DNA from: an uncultured delta proteobacterium
GTDB taxonomy: Bacteria > Desulfobacterota > Binatia > UBA9968
DNA length: 64,000 nucleotides
Assembly: GCA_963816145.1 (NCBI GenBank)
Contig: CAWFJP010000003.1
Coordinates: 192,001 to 256,000, forward strand
Direction of reading: 5' to 3'
In this document: positions 37,413 through 46,563 of the stretch, piece by piece
Position numbering within the stretch: the stretch's first letter is position 1
Layout of the letters: each line of letters opens with the position of its first letter
Position numbers and translations under genes: made by a program
Notes under the pieces: model-generated
Database searches by the model: none
Told to the model about the DNA's origin: nothing
Seen by the model: the letters and a program-made list of their open reading frames with translations, nothing else

Positions 37413-37955
37413 ATGCCACGATTGCCTGAACTGAATGAAGCTAAATTATCCCCGGAACAGAAGACTATTTACGACGAAATTATGCGTGTGCGCGGACGGG
37501 TGCGCGGGCCGTTTGCGGTTTGGCTGCGCAATGCCGAATTGGCGGAGGGAGCTTTAAAGCTGCAGGATATGTTCGCGTCGCGGGTAAAAATGGAGCGGCG
37601 GCTGATCCAGTTGATGATTCTCGTGGCGGCGCGCTGCGCCGGCGCCCAGTATGCCTGGTACATCCATGAGCCCCACGCCCTCGAGCACGGCATCTCGCGC
37701 GAGATCGTCGAGGCGATCCGCGAGCGGCGCACCCCCGACTTCACGCGTGAAGACGAAAGACTGGTCTATGACATTACGCTAGAACTCAACACCACCCAAA
37801 GGTTGTCGGACCCCACTTTCGGCCGTGGCATGGCGCTGTTCGGCGAGCAGCAAATGGTCGAGCTGGTTTCCGGCGTAGGCTTTTATGCCATGGTGGCGAT
37901 GACGCTCAACACCTTCGACGTGGCGGTTCCCGACGGCAAGAAACCGTTGGCGTGA
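37413..37955 (+). CDS. Carboxymuconolactone decarboxylase / AhpD-like protein
   Basis: RGPFAVWL, QYAWYIH, FGEQQMVEL..VGFY; RBS GAGGAG. Confidence 0.88.
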   Translation: MPRLPELNEAKLSPEQKTIYDEIMRVRGRVRGPFAVWLRNAELAEGALKLQDMFASRVKMERRLIQLMILVAARCAGAQYAWYIHEPHALEHGISREIVEAIRERRTPDFTREDERLVYDITLELNTTQRLSDPTFGRGMALFGEQQMVELVSGVGFYAMVAMTLNTFDVAVPDGKKPLA

Positions 37956-37961
37956 GGCAGA

Positions 37962-38096
37962 TTAAGATTTTTTGGCTTCTGGCTTCGGCGCTTCGGGGCG
38001 CTTGCCGATCTGCTCACCGTTGGGCAGGTGCTGATACTTCAGTTCGACTCGCTTGTCCATGGCCGCGTACTTCTTCACCCAATCTGTTGGTTTCAT
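37962..38096 (-). CDS. Small hypothetical protein (44 aa, below ORF-track cut-off)
   Basis: GGGAGG-TTTCG-ATG; MKPTDWVKKYAAMDKRVELKYQHLPNGEQIGKRPEAPKPEAKKS; GC3-rich codons. Confidence 0.6.
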   Translation of the reverse strand: MKPTDWVKKYAAMDKRVELKYQHLPNGEQIGKRPEAPKPEAKKS

Positions 38097-38366
38097 CGAA
38101 AACCTCCCGAAATAATTACTATTACAAATACTGAACCCGGAACTGAAAAGCCAGTGCCCAGCTCAACAAACTCATCAGGATTTGGCTCGCTTTTAGCCGA
38201 CATCGGTGACCAGAAAGATTTCTCGCTTTGCTCGAAATGACAGGCGAGCAATGAGCTGTCATCGCGAACGAACCGTGGGATCATGCCAAACGAAACCATC
38301 ATCATAAATCCGATTGACTTGTAGTCTGGGTCCAGCCGATATTCATCCAAAAGCGTAATCATATCT

Positions 38367-40628
38367 ATGGCCGAATCACGCATAATCCGCACTGTCTGCG
38401 ATCCCAATTGCCACGCCAGCCCGCGCTGCGGGATTGCCGCTCATGTGGTCGCCGGGCGCATTGACAAGATCGAGGCTGGGCGCTTTCCCTTGCCGGAATA
38501 TGATCGGCGCATCTGCGCCATGGGCATGGCGCGATTGGAGCAACAGTATCATCCGGATCGGCTGCGCTATCCCCTGCAGCGTGTCGGCCCCCGTGGCGCA
38601 GGCAAATGGCAGCGTATCAGCTGGGACGAAGCGTATGATCTAATCGCCGAACGATTGAGCGCTCTTGGCGCGCGCTACGGCTCGCGTTCACTAGCCTTCT
38701 TTACCGGCAGTGGTGCTGCCGGCGTGCTGACCAAGGGATCGGTGCAACGCTTCGCCGCCGCCATTGGCGGCACGGCCTATCGCGCCGGCGGCGTCGATTA
38801 CGGCGTGCCCAAGGGTTTGGAGTACACGTTCGGCGTTCCCGCCTCGACCTATTTCAGACCGGGTGGACACGAGTACGCCGATGCCGTGAATTCAAAAATG
38901 ATTCTTTTCTGGGGCGGCAACGCTGCCGATACCCGGCTGGTGGATTTTCATTTCGTTTTGGAAGCCCAGCGGCGCGGCGCCAAGATCGTCTGCATCGATC
39001 CTAACCGCAGCGCCACGGCGCGCCATGCCGATCGGTGGATCTCACCCCGACCTGGAACTGACACGGCATTGGCGCTCGCGCTGCTCAATGAGATTATCGC
39101 CAATAATCTATACGCCGCCGGATTTTTATCGCGCCATACCAACGCGCCGTTTCTGGTCCGGCGCGACAACGGCGAGTTCCTTCGCAGGGAATCTTCGGAT
39201 TACTTAGTTTGGGATTGCGCTCGTAGCGAAGCGCTGCCCTGCAACGAAGTCACGATGCCAGCACTCACGGGTGAGCATCATGTGAAGACCGATTCCGGCG
39301 CGATCATCGATTGCGTCCCAGCGTTTCAACTTCTGGTCGAACTTTGCGCCAGTTACAGCGCCGATCGCGCCGCGCAAATCACTAGCGTTCCCGCTCCGGT
39401 CATTCGCCAATTGGCAAGGGACTTCGCCGATGCCAAACCGGCGGCGATTCGCATCGGCTACGGTGTCGACCGTTGGTACTATTCCGATTATACCGCACGC
39501 GCGGCGGCCAATCTGGTCATCGCCACCGGCAACATCGGCATCGCCGGCGGCGGCATCAGCGTCCACGACGGCACTTACGCCGCGCCGCTAAACTTAAATC
39601 CATTTCGCACGCCGGGCGGTCGGCAAGCGGCCACCCTCGATATCATCGGCCTGATGCGAGCCATCGAGCATGACGATCCCTATCCCGTCCGCTCCCTATG
39701 GCTGTCGGCTTCGAACATGTTCAATCAGACCTCGGCCAATCGCAGCCATGTGTTACGCGACATTCTGCCCAAGTTGGAACTCTTCGTCGCCGTCGATCTC
39801 TTCATGACCGATACCGCGATAATGGCCGATATCGTGCTGCCGGCCTGTTCGATATTCGAAAAATCAGATCTCATCGCCGGCATGTTTCTGCAACTGCAAC
39901 GCCAAGTGGTAGCGCCGGAGGGCGAAAGCAAAGCCGATTTGGATATTTTCGCCGGCTTGGCACAGCGCATGGGGCTGGAACAGTTTTTCGACCGCTCACC
40001 GGAGGACTACTTACGCGAGATGCTCGAAAGCAACGATCCCTTACTCAGCGGCATCAGCCTCGATCGGTTGCAGCGCGAAGACGCGCTCCTGCTGAATCGG
40101 CCCGCTGCGCCTTATGTCGGATTGGCCGATTTGCGCTTCAATACACCATCCGGGCGCATCGAGCTTTACAAAGAAGAGCTGGTTCAACATGGCGCCGAGC
40201 TGCCCTGCTACCGTGAGCCCATTGAAGCCACGCCCAAGAATTCACTCTATTCGAAGTATCCGTTGACCTTGATCTTCTCCCACAGCCCTCACCGGATTCA
40301 CTCGACCTTCGCCAATCTGTCTGCGACAAAAGAACACGAACCCGAGCCGGTGGCCGAGATCCATCCGAGCGACGCCGGCCGGCGCCGGTTGAGCGATGCC
40401 AAGCTTGTGCGGGTTTACAACCAGCGCGGCAGCGTGGAACTCAAGTGGCGCGCCAACGCCGATCTGCGTCCGGGCGTGGTGGTGATTTCCGAGGGCTCCT
40501 GGGTCAGGGATTTTCCCAAAGGCGATCCCTACAGCCTGACCCATGAACAAGTGAGCCCGACCTCGGACAACTACGCTTTCTTCGACACGTTGGTCGAGAT
40601 CGAACTCGCTGGTGATATCACGGATTAA
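38367..40628 (+). CDS. Molybdopterin oxidoreductase catalytic subunit (DMSO reductase family)
   Basis: CDPNCHASPRC...C Fe-S motif, RLRYPL, ISWDEA, PGTDTAL, ADIVLPA, TPSGRIE, HRIHST, EIHPSDA. Confidence 0.92.
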   Translation: MAESRIIRTVCDPNCHASPRCGIAAHVVAGRIDKIEAGRFPLPEYDRRICAMGMARLEQQYHPDRLRYPLQRVGPRGAGKWQRISWDEAYDLIAERLSALGARYGSRSLAFFTGSGAAGVLTKGSVQRFAAAIGGTAYRAGGVDYGVPKGLEYTFGVPASTYFRPGGHEYADAVNSKMILFWGGNAADTRLVDFHFVLEAQRRGAKIVCIDPNRSATARHADRWISPRPGTDTALALALLNEIIANNLYAAGFLSRHTNAPFLVRRDNGEFLRRESSDYLVWDCARSEALPCNEVTMPALTGEHHVKTDSGAIIDCVPAFQLLVELCASYSADRAAQITSVPAPVIRQLARDFADAKPAAIRIGYGVDRWYYSDYTARAAANLVIATGNIGIAGGGISVHDGTYAAPLNLNPFRTPGGRQAATLDIIGLMRAIEHDDPYPVRSLWLSASNMFNQTSANRSHVLRDILPKLELFVAVDLFMTDTAIMADIVLPACSIFEKSDLIAGMFLQLQRQVVAPEGESKADLDIFAGLAQRMGLEQFFDRSPEDYLREMLESNDPLLSGISLDRLQREDALLLNRPAAPYVGLADLRFNTPSGRIELYKEELVQHGAELPCYREPIEATPKNSLYSKYPLTLIFSHSPHRIHSTFANLSATKEHEPEPVAEIHPSDAGRRRLSDAKLVRVYNQRGSVELKWRANADLRPGVVVISEGSWVRDFPKGDPYSLTHEQVSPTSDNYAFFDTLVEIELAGDITD

Positions 40629-41233
40629 TGCTCGTACGAGTATTTCTCCCGGCAGTCGATCTTAGCGCGGCGGCAAAAGAAATCCTTCACATCGGCGGCA
40701 TGCATAAAGCGGTCATAGTCATAGTTGGGTCCATAGCTCGACCAGATTTCTTCACCGGCGCCAATGTCGCGTAGCGCATAAAACTCAAAATACGGCGGCT
40801 GGCAGAGTCTTCTAATCGCCGCGTTCTGAAAATTGGTTTCGCGGCCGTTGATTTTACTCGGCGCAAAGTTGATTCGGCTGACGTTGGCGCCGTTGTCTTT
40901 AGCGTCGAGGTAGACGTAGGGATAGGCTTGTTTATGGGCGCACTCCAAGAGCGCGGCGATATAATGGTTGCCCTGGGGATATTTGTCGGCGGGCAGCAGC
41001 CGTCCGCCGAGCTCGCCGATCACCTCACCCTTTTTGATCGGCACACGGGCATACAAGCCATTGCCGCCGTTTGGGATCAGTGATTTCTTGATTTCGGTGC
41101 GCTTGTCCAGCTCCTTATTGATTTTGAGCAGCGGGAACTCTTCTTTCGCCTTCTCTGCCGCCCGCAGCGGTACGGCGGAGATAACCAGTTGGGCCATGAA
41201 GCTAGTCAGAATCAATGCATTCAGTCTTTTCAT
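40625..41233 (-). CDS. Secreted SET-domain protein
   Basis: Signal peptide MKRLNAL..PLRA; KSLIPNGGNGLYA..IKKGEVI; SRINF; ALRDIGAGEEI..SYG. Confidence 0.85.
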   Translation of the reverse strand: MKRLNALILTSFMAQLVISAVPLRAAEKAKEEFPLLKINKELDKRTEIKKSLIPNGGNGLYARVPIKKGEVIGELGGRLLPADKYPQGNHYIAALLECAHKQAYPYVYLDAKDNGANVSRINFAPSKINGRETNFQNAAIRRLCQPPYFEFYALRDIGAGEEIWSSYGPNYDYDRFMHAADVKDFFCRRAKIDCREKYSYEH

Positions 41234-41275
41234 AGTGGGTCGTGAGTCGGTTGTTCCTCTCAAACATTTTTCAGT

Positions 41276-42073
41276 TTATTTCAGATTGAATATTCTCTTG
41301 GCGTTGCCGGCCAAAATGTTGGCCTTGTCGGCATCGCTGATCTTGGCGCTCTTGATCTCTTCCAACGAGACGCAATGGTCGTAGCTCGCCGGATGGGAAT
41401 AGAACAAGCTGCCAAAGATCATCCGCTCGGAACCCACCGCTTCGACGAAATTTTTCACGTAGCCGGGGCCGCGCACATGAGCAGTGTCGAAAATGATGTT
41501 TTTGGTGCGCTTGGCGATGTCCAATGCCAACTGGCTGTTGGTATTAGTGGTCAAAGCGTCTAACGAGACAAATGTCAATTCTGGGAATTCGCCGGCGAGC
41601 CGCTCCAAGCGCCAAACCGCTTCCAGATTGGATTCGGCATTGGTATGAATCAGCGGTACCAAACCCAACTCTCTGACCTTCTTCAGCAGCGGCCGCATCA
41701 GTGGATGGTCCACCGCGACCCCCTGGAACCGGCTATGCCAGACCACGCCGTCGAGACCGAGTTCATGCTTCATGCGCTCCAACTCGTCGAGGGAGCGGGC
41801 GCCGTGCAGCGGCTCGACGATGCCGCAGGCGATCGGAAATCGCTTGGGATCGCGCTTGCGGTAGGCCGCCACCACGTCGTTGGAACGCATGGTGTCTTTG
41901 ATGCCGTCGGCTTGAATATATCCCGTCGCCGCCAGGATCGCCGCGGCGCTGACGCCGTTGGCGTCCATGATGCGCACGCGATTGGCGTAGTCTCGGTCTT
42001 GCCACCCGTCACCTTCTTGTAGGCTGCCGCCGTTGAGCGCACCCAAGTGATGATGAATGTCGAGCACTTCCAT
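41276..42073 (-). CDS. Amidohydrolase_2 family protein
   Basis: DIHHH, LIHT, IFDTA, ERMIFGS, ILAGNAKRIF. Confidence 0.88.
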   Translation of the reverse strand: MEVLDIHHHLGALNGGSLQEGDGWQDRDYANRVRIMDANGVSAAAILAATGYIQADGIKDTMRSNDVVAAYRKRDPKRFPIACGIVEPLHGARSLDELERMKHELGLDGVVWHSRFQGVAVDHPLMRPLLKKVRELGLVPLIHTNAESNLEAVWRLERLAGEFPELTFVSLDALTTNTNSQLALDIAKRTKNIIFDTAHVRGPGYVKNFVEAVGSERMIFGSLFYSHPASYDHCVSLEEIKSAKISDADKANILAGNAKRIFNLK

Positions 42074-42090
42074 AGCACCTCCTTGCCTAC

Positions 42091-42702
42091 TTACGGCTCG
42101 AATGAATAGTTTTCACGGCAGTCAATTTTAGCCTGTTGGCAAAAAAACTCGCGTACCGCCGGTTCGTACATGAACTGATCGTAGTGATAATAGGGCCCGT
42201 AGCTGGCCCAGATTTCCTTGCCGGGCTCGATGTCCCGGAGGGCGACGAAAATCACATATGGATAATTGCACAGCTGGCGCAGCGCGGCATTTTGAAAGCC
42301 AGTTTCGACACCGTTGATTGTTTTCGGCGCGAAATTGATCCGGCTCACATGGGCGCCGAAATATTTGGAGTCAAGATATTTATACGGCTTGGTTTCCTCC
42401 CAAGCGCATTCGGGGATGGACGCCAGATAATAATTGCCCGGCGGATAATCCTCATCGGTGCGCAGTTGGCCGCCGAGCATACCGATGACATCGCCCTGCT
42501 TGATCGCCACGGCCGCGTATAAACCATTGCCGGCGCCGGGAATCAGGGACGGCTTGATCACCGTGCGCTTGTCCAAATCCTCGTCGATTTTCAGAACCGG
42601 CACCAACCGGGGCGGCTTTTCCTCTTCGGCTCCCCGTACGACCTCAACGGTTGCGATCCATATCAACATCAGCGAGCAAAGGCGCGCTATAAATTTCTTC
42701 AT
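42091..42702 (-). CDS. Secreted SET-domain protein
   Basis: Signal peptide MKKFIARL..VRG; PSLIPGAGNGLYA; SRINF; ALRDIEPGKEI..SYG; paralog of 40625-41233. Confidence 0.85.
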   Translation of the reverse strand: MKKFIARLCSLMLIWIATVEVVRGAEEEKPPRLVPVLKIDEDLDKRTVIKPSLIPGAGNGLYAAVAIKQGDVIGMLGGQLRTDEDYPPGNYYLASIPECAWEETKPYKYLDSKYFGAHVSRINFAPKTINGVETGFQNAALRQLCNYPYVIFVALRDIEPGKEIWASYGPYYHYDQFMYEPAVREFFCQQAKIDCRENYSFEP

Positions 42703-42834
42703 GTACACGGCAAACTTCTCTTGCTGAACTCTCTAGGAATCATGCCCGCAGAGCGATGTCAAATAATCCTGCGTTTGCACGTTGACAGTGGCGCCAAGGG
42801 CGCGCTAGAAGCTGGCAACAGCGGAGGTAATCTT

Positions 42835-43908
42835 ATGCCAACCATCGATTCCGATGCCCATGTGGTCGAGAGCGAGCGCACCTGGGACTACATGGAGAAG
42901 GCCGATCAGAAGTACCGTCCGGTGATCGTCAAGCCGCGCAGCGGCAGCAACGCCGAGTACTGGTTTATCGACGGCAAGATCCGCGGCCTGGTGCGGGTCA
43001 TCATGACCGCCAAGGAGATGGCAGAGGTCGCGCAGCGCACTGGCCGGGTCATGGGCACGCCGCAGGAAACCCGCGAGATGGAAAACGTCCCGGCGCGGCT
43101 CAAGCATATGGACGAACTCGGTATCGATGTTCAAGTCCTCTACCCGACGATGTTCATCGAACAGATCACCGAAAAGCCCGCCTGGGAGGTCGCCATCTGC
43201 CGCGGTTACAATCGCTGGCTCGCCGATATTTATCAACAGGGGCGAGGGCGGCTGCGCTGGATCTGCGTCCTGCCGCTACTCGACATGAGCGCGTCGCTGG
43301 AGGATCTCAAGTTTTGCCAACAGAACGGCGCCGTCGGTGTCTTCATGCGCGGCATCGAAGGCAGCCGTATGATCACCGACCCATATTTTTATCCGCTCTA
43401 CGACGCCATGAGCCGGCTCGACATGGCGGTGGGGGTACATGTCGGCAACGGCAGCCCGCAAAATGCCGACATGGTGTCGCAGTACAACGGCGGCGGCAGC
43501 TTTTGGAAATTTCGTATTCCGGTGATCGGCGCATTCCATTCGATCATCATGGGCGAGATTCCGCACCAGTTTTCCAAGCTGCGTTTTCATTGGGCCGAGG
43601 CGGCCGCCAACTGGGTACCCTATGTGGTGAAAGATTTGCAGCGGCGCTGGGCAACGCAGAATAAAGATTTACCGGACAACCCGCTGAAAGAATTCCGCCA
43701 ATATGTTTCTTGTCAAACCGACGACGATATCGACTACGTGATCAAATACTCGGGAGAGGACAACCTCACGATCGGCACGGACTATGGCCACAACGATCAA
43801 TCCACTGAGGTCGAAGCGCTAGGCAATTTGAAGAAGACCGGTAGGATCAGCGATGGCCAGTACGACAAGATCTGTTATTACAATCCCAAGGCGCTGTTTG
43901 CCCTGTAG
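42835..43908 (+). CDS. Amidohydrolase_2 (ACMSD/LigW-like) family protein
   Basis: IDSDAH, MDELGIDVQVLYPT, YNRWLAD, VHVG, GTDYGH; RBS GGAGG. Confidence 0.9.
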   Translation: MPTIDSDAHVVESERTWDYMEKADQKYRPVIVKPRSGSNAEYWFIDGKIRGLVRVIMTAKEMAEVAQRTGRVMGTPQETREMENVPARLKHMDELGIDVQVLYPTMFIEQITEKPAWEVAICRGYNRWLADIYQQGRGRLRWICVLPLLDMSASLEDLKFCQQNGAVGVFMRGIEGSRMITDPYFYPLYDAMSRLDMAVGVHVGNGSPQNADMVSQYNGGGSFWKFRIPVIGAFHSIIMGEIPHQFSKLRFHWAEAAANWVPYVVKDLQRRWATQNKDLPDNPLKEFRQYVSCQTDDDIDYVIKYSGEDNLTIGTDYGHNDQSTEVEALGNLKKTGRISDGQYDKICYYNPKALFAL

Positions 43909-44072
43909 TTCGAAGTTCTGCGAAACGATCGCGAAGCGCGAATCTATCGGCACGAAGTTATAGGTTATCTGGATTGGAGCTCCTGAGGTTCAGCGAGTGG
44001 CGCGGCCGTGCGGACCGGGGCATGCACCCCTTCGGCGCGAAAGGTCGCTGGCCCTAAGCGGCTGAAAGCCGC

Positions 44073-44267
44073 CTATTCAGCCTTGAGCAAGTCGGCTGGG
44101 TCGGAATCGGGAGAAGGGATCGTGTTGGGTTGTTGGGGGTTCACGATGGGGCGTCGTCGTTGCTGATTCTCCTGCACCTTCATGGCGTTCAACCGTTCGC
44201 GAAACCAGGTCTTCTCCGGCCACTGCCAGTTTTGCCCGCCTTGAGACATATTGTTTGGCTGTTTCAT
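44073..44267 (-). CDS. Small hypothetical protein (64 aa)
   Basis: AGGA-TTGCC-ATG; MKQPNNMSQGGQNWQWPEKTWFRERL...; hairpin GCGGCTGAAAGCCGC directly after the stop. Confidence 0.4.
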   Translation of the reverse strand: MKQPNNMSQGGQNWQWPEKTWFRERLNAMKVQENQQRRRPIVNPQQPNTIPSPDSDPADLLKAE

Positions 44268-44443
44268 GGCAATCCTGTTCGTCTTGGTGAGCAATCGATA
44301 GACCAGCCGCAAGCCAATACGTCGGAAGTAATTGCGGGAACCTTGATGCCACTAATGTGACGAGTGGCCCAGACATGGCGCGCAGTTTTGGCGCCTCGGG
44401 CCGGCTTGATTTACAATTCTGTTATCGCTCTGGACAAGTGCGA

Positions 44444-45631
44444 CTACTTCGAGAGAAGCTTTACCCGCTGGCCGGCTCGCAACTGTTGCAACGGGTAGCG
44501 GGTCCCGCGCCAATCGATGCCGCCCTGGGCGAGGCATTTCCAGGCCGCATGAACCATCATGGCGCCGATCATCAGGAGCCCCAACGGGGCAAATAGCAGA
44601 CTGAAGCGGCTGCGCCAGCCTTGGGTGGCGGCGCACAAGCTGAACGACCAATGCAGCGCCAGCGCGCTAAGTCCAGCGCTAGACAAAAGTCCGCGGCTTT
44701 CGCTCAGACCGACAAACAGAGCAAGAGCCGGCGCCGCCGCCAAGGCAGTGAGGCCCAAGGTATCAATAGCCGTTAGCCACCAGCGATAATTGGCGGTCGA
44801 GCCAAAGAGATTTTTCTCGAGACCTTTGAACATCGCCGCAACCGAGGGGTACCACACCACGGTTAAATGTTGCTGCGCGAAGGCAAAAAAAGACCGCCCG
44901 CCGGCGCGTTTGACCATCAGTCCCAAACCAACATCATCGCAGGGCTCAAGACGCAGCCATGGGAAGCCAGGCGTGCGCTGGAATGCCGCGCGGCGCACGA
45001 GGTTGAATGCCCCGACACCGGCAAACGCACGGCTGCTCGGCCGATTGATCCCCACAGCTCTGGTGCCAAGCAGAAACAGCAACATGAACGTGTGCACGAC
45101 GATATCGAGCAGGAAACTCTGCTGCACCGCCAATGGCGCCAGCGCCAGATGGTCGATTCGGTTAGCGGCGGCCCAACCCACCGCCCGACTGAGCGTCCCA
45201 GGAGCGAAGTGGACATCAGCATCGGTGAACAGCAGCCAATCGCCTTTGGTAATTTCGAATCCGCGGTGGAGAGCGTGGACCTTACCCAACCAGCCCTTGG
45301 GCAAGGTTCTCACATGCAAGGCGCGAAGGCGCGGCTCGCGCGCTGCCAGGCGATCGATGATCTCTCCCGTCCCGTCGGTGGAGCGGTCGTCGACCAGGAC
45401 GATTTCGAAGTTGGCATAGTCTTGCTGAAGCAGCGACTCGACTGCGGCCTCGATATTTGCCGCCTCGTTGCAAGCTGGGATGACTATGCTGAGCAAAGGC
45501 CGATCTTTAGGTTCGCTGAATTGCAGCCGATGCAATTGGGGCACGTGAAACGTGGCCCTGAATAGATAAAGAAATCCTAGGGCCCAAAATCCGCAGAGAG
45601 CGATCAGCGTGGCCTCGTATACCGATGTCAT
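44444..45631 (-). CDS. Family 2 glycosyltransferase (HpnB/CrtQ-like)
   Basis: SIVIPACNE, DDRSTDGT, GWLGK, FTDAD, DDVGLG, WRG C-terminus. Confidence 0.9.
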   Translation of the reverse strand: MTSVYEATLIALCGFWALGFLYLFRATFHVPQLHRLQFSEPKDRPLLSIVIPACNEAANIEAAVESLLQQDYANFEIVLVDDRSTDGTGEIIDRLAAREPRLRALHVRTLPKGWLGKVHALHRGFEITKGDWLLFTDADVHFAPGTLSRAVGWAAANRIDHLALAPLAVQQSFLLDIVVHTFMLLFLLGTRAVGINRPSSRAFAGVGAFNLVRRAAFQRTPGFPWLRLEPCDDVGLGLMVKRAGGRSFFAFAQQHLTVVWYPSVAAMFKGLEKNLFGSTANYRWWLTAIDTLGLTALAAAPALALFVGLSESRGLLSSAGLSALALHWSFSLCAATQGWRSRFSLLFAPLGLLMIGAMMVHAAWKCLAQGGIDWRGTRYPLQQLRAGQRVKLLSK

Positions 45632-45691
45632 GGATGAATGTCCCACTCAGGGGTGGTTGAAATCAGTCGCCTTCAGGCAATGAGAAGATTT

Positions 45692-45822
45692 GTCATTCCG
45701 GCGCTATCGTCACCCCGGTGAAAACCGGGGTCCATCCCCCCTCCCCAGAATCTAGATACCGTTTTTCAACGGTATGACGGACGCTGTCCGTCACCTGGAT
45801 TCCGGCCTCCGCCGGAATGACG
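45692..45822. repeat. Nested GTCA-type REP doublets
   Basis: GTCATTCCGGCG / GTCACCCCGGTGAAAACCGGGGTCC / GATACCGTTTTTCAACGGTATGAC / GGATTCCGGCCTCCGCCGGAATGAC. Confidence 0.72.
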
Positions 45823-45857
45823 AAAGGAAGATTCGACTTCCAGTCGACGATTGAAGA

Positions 45858-45882
45858 GCCCCTCGGCTTAAAGCCGAGGGGC
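45858..45882. other. Perfect 11-bp-stem hairpin downstream of maf
   Basis: GCCCCTCGGCT-TAA-AGCCGAGGGGC. Confidence 0.5.
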
Positions 45883-45916
45883 ATAAGTCGCGCGAAGTTG
45901 CCAAGCGGCGCACGGT

Positions 45917-46546
45917 CTACGCGAACTCACGCCAATTGAGAAAATTCTTGGCAGCGTATAGAGCGTCGACATCCACCGGCAGTTCGATGTGACGACGGTG
46001 CAAGTAGTCGGCGATGGGACGCAGGGGCATACCCACCGCGGCGAGGAAATCGCCGTCGATGGCCGCGATGAGCTTACTCCCCTCCCCTTGGATCGAATAA
46101 GCGCCGGCTTTGTCCAACGATTCATTATAGGCAAGATAACCGTCGATGGCATTATCGTCGTAGCAATGCATCTCGACGGACACTTTGGCCATCATTTGCA
46201 CACCGTCGCCGCCACCGCCGTCAAGAATCGCGACACTGGTGTAGATCACATGAGTCTGGCCCGACAGGAGGCGCAAAATCCGCTTGGCATCGCTGCCGTC
46301 CGCGGGCTTGCCGATCTTGGCGCCGTCGAGAAAGATCATCGTATCGCTGCCGATGACGAGAGCCTCGGGATGATGACGCGCGACCGAACCCGCTTTGCCG
46401 ACGGCAAAGGCGAGAACTTCATCTTCAATGCTCAGTTGTGGAGAAATGGTCTCGGTGAAATCGGGAGCGATAACCTCGAAGGGCAAACCTAACAACGCCA
46501 GAATCTCCCGGCGTCGGGGTGATGTGGATGCGAGAATCAAGCGCAT
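45917..46546 (-). CDS. maf: Maf nucleoside triphosphate pyrophosphatase
   Basis: LILASTSPRRREIL, IGSDT, GKP, LSG..H, DKAGAYSIQG, VGMPL. Confidence 0.95.
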   Translation of the reverse strand: MRLILASTSPRRREILALLGLPFEVIAPDFTETISPQLSIEDEVLAFAVGKAGSVARHHPEALVIGSDTMIFLDGAKIGKPADGSDAKRILRLLSGQTHVIYTSVAILDGGGGDGVQMMAKVSVEMHCYDDNAIDGYLAYNESLDKAGAYSIQGEGSKLIAAIDGDFLAAVGMPLRPIADYLHRRHIELPVDVDALYAAKNFLNWREFA

Positions 46547-46563
46547 GAAAAGTCAAAAAGAAA

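Noticed and set aside
38093-38407. 104-aa minus-strand ORF
   Set aside because: It overlaps the molybdoenzyme start, lacks an RBS and has atypical composition. The 44-aa ORF downstream is better supported.
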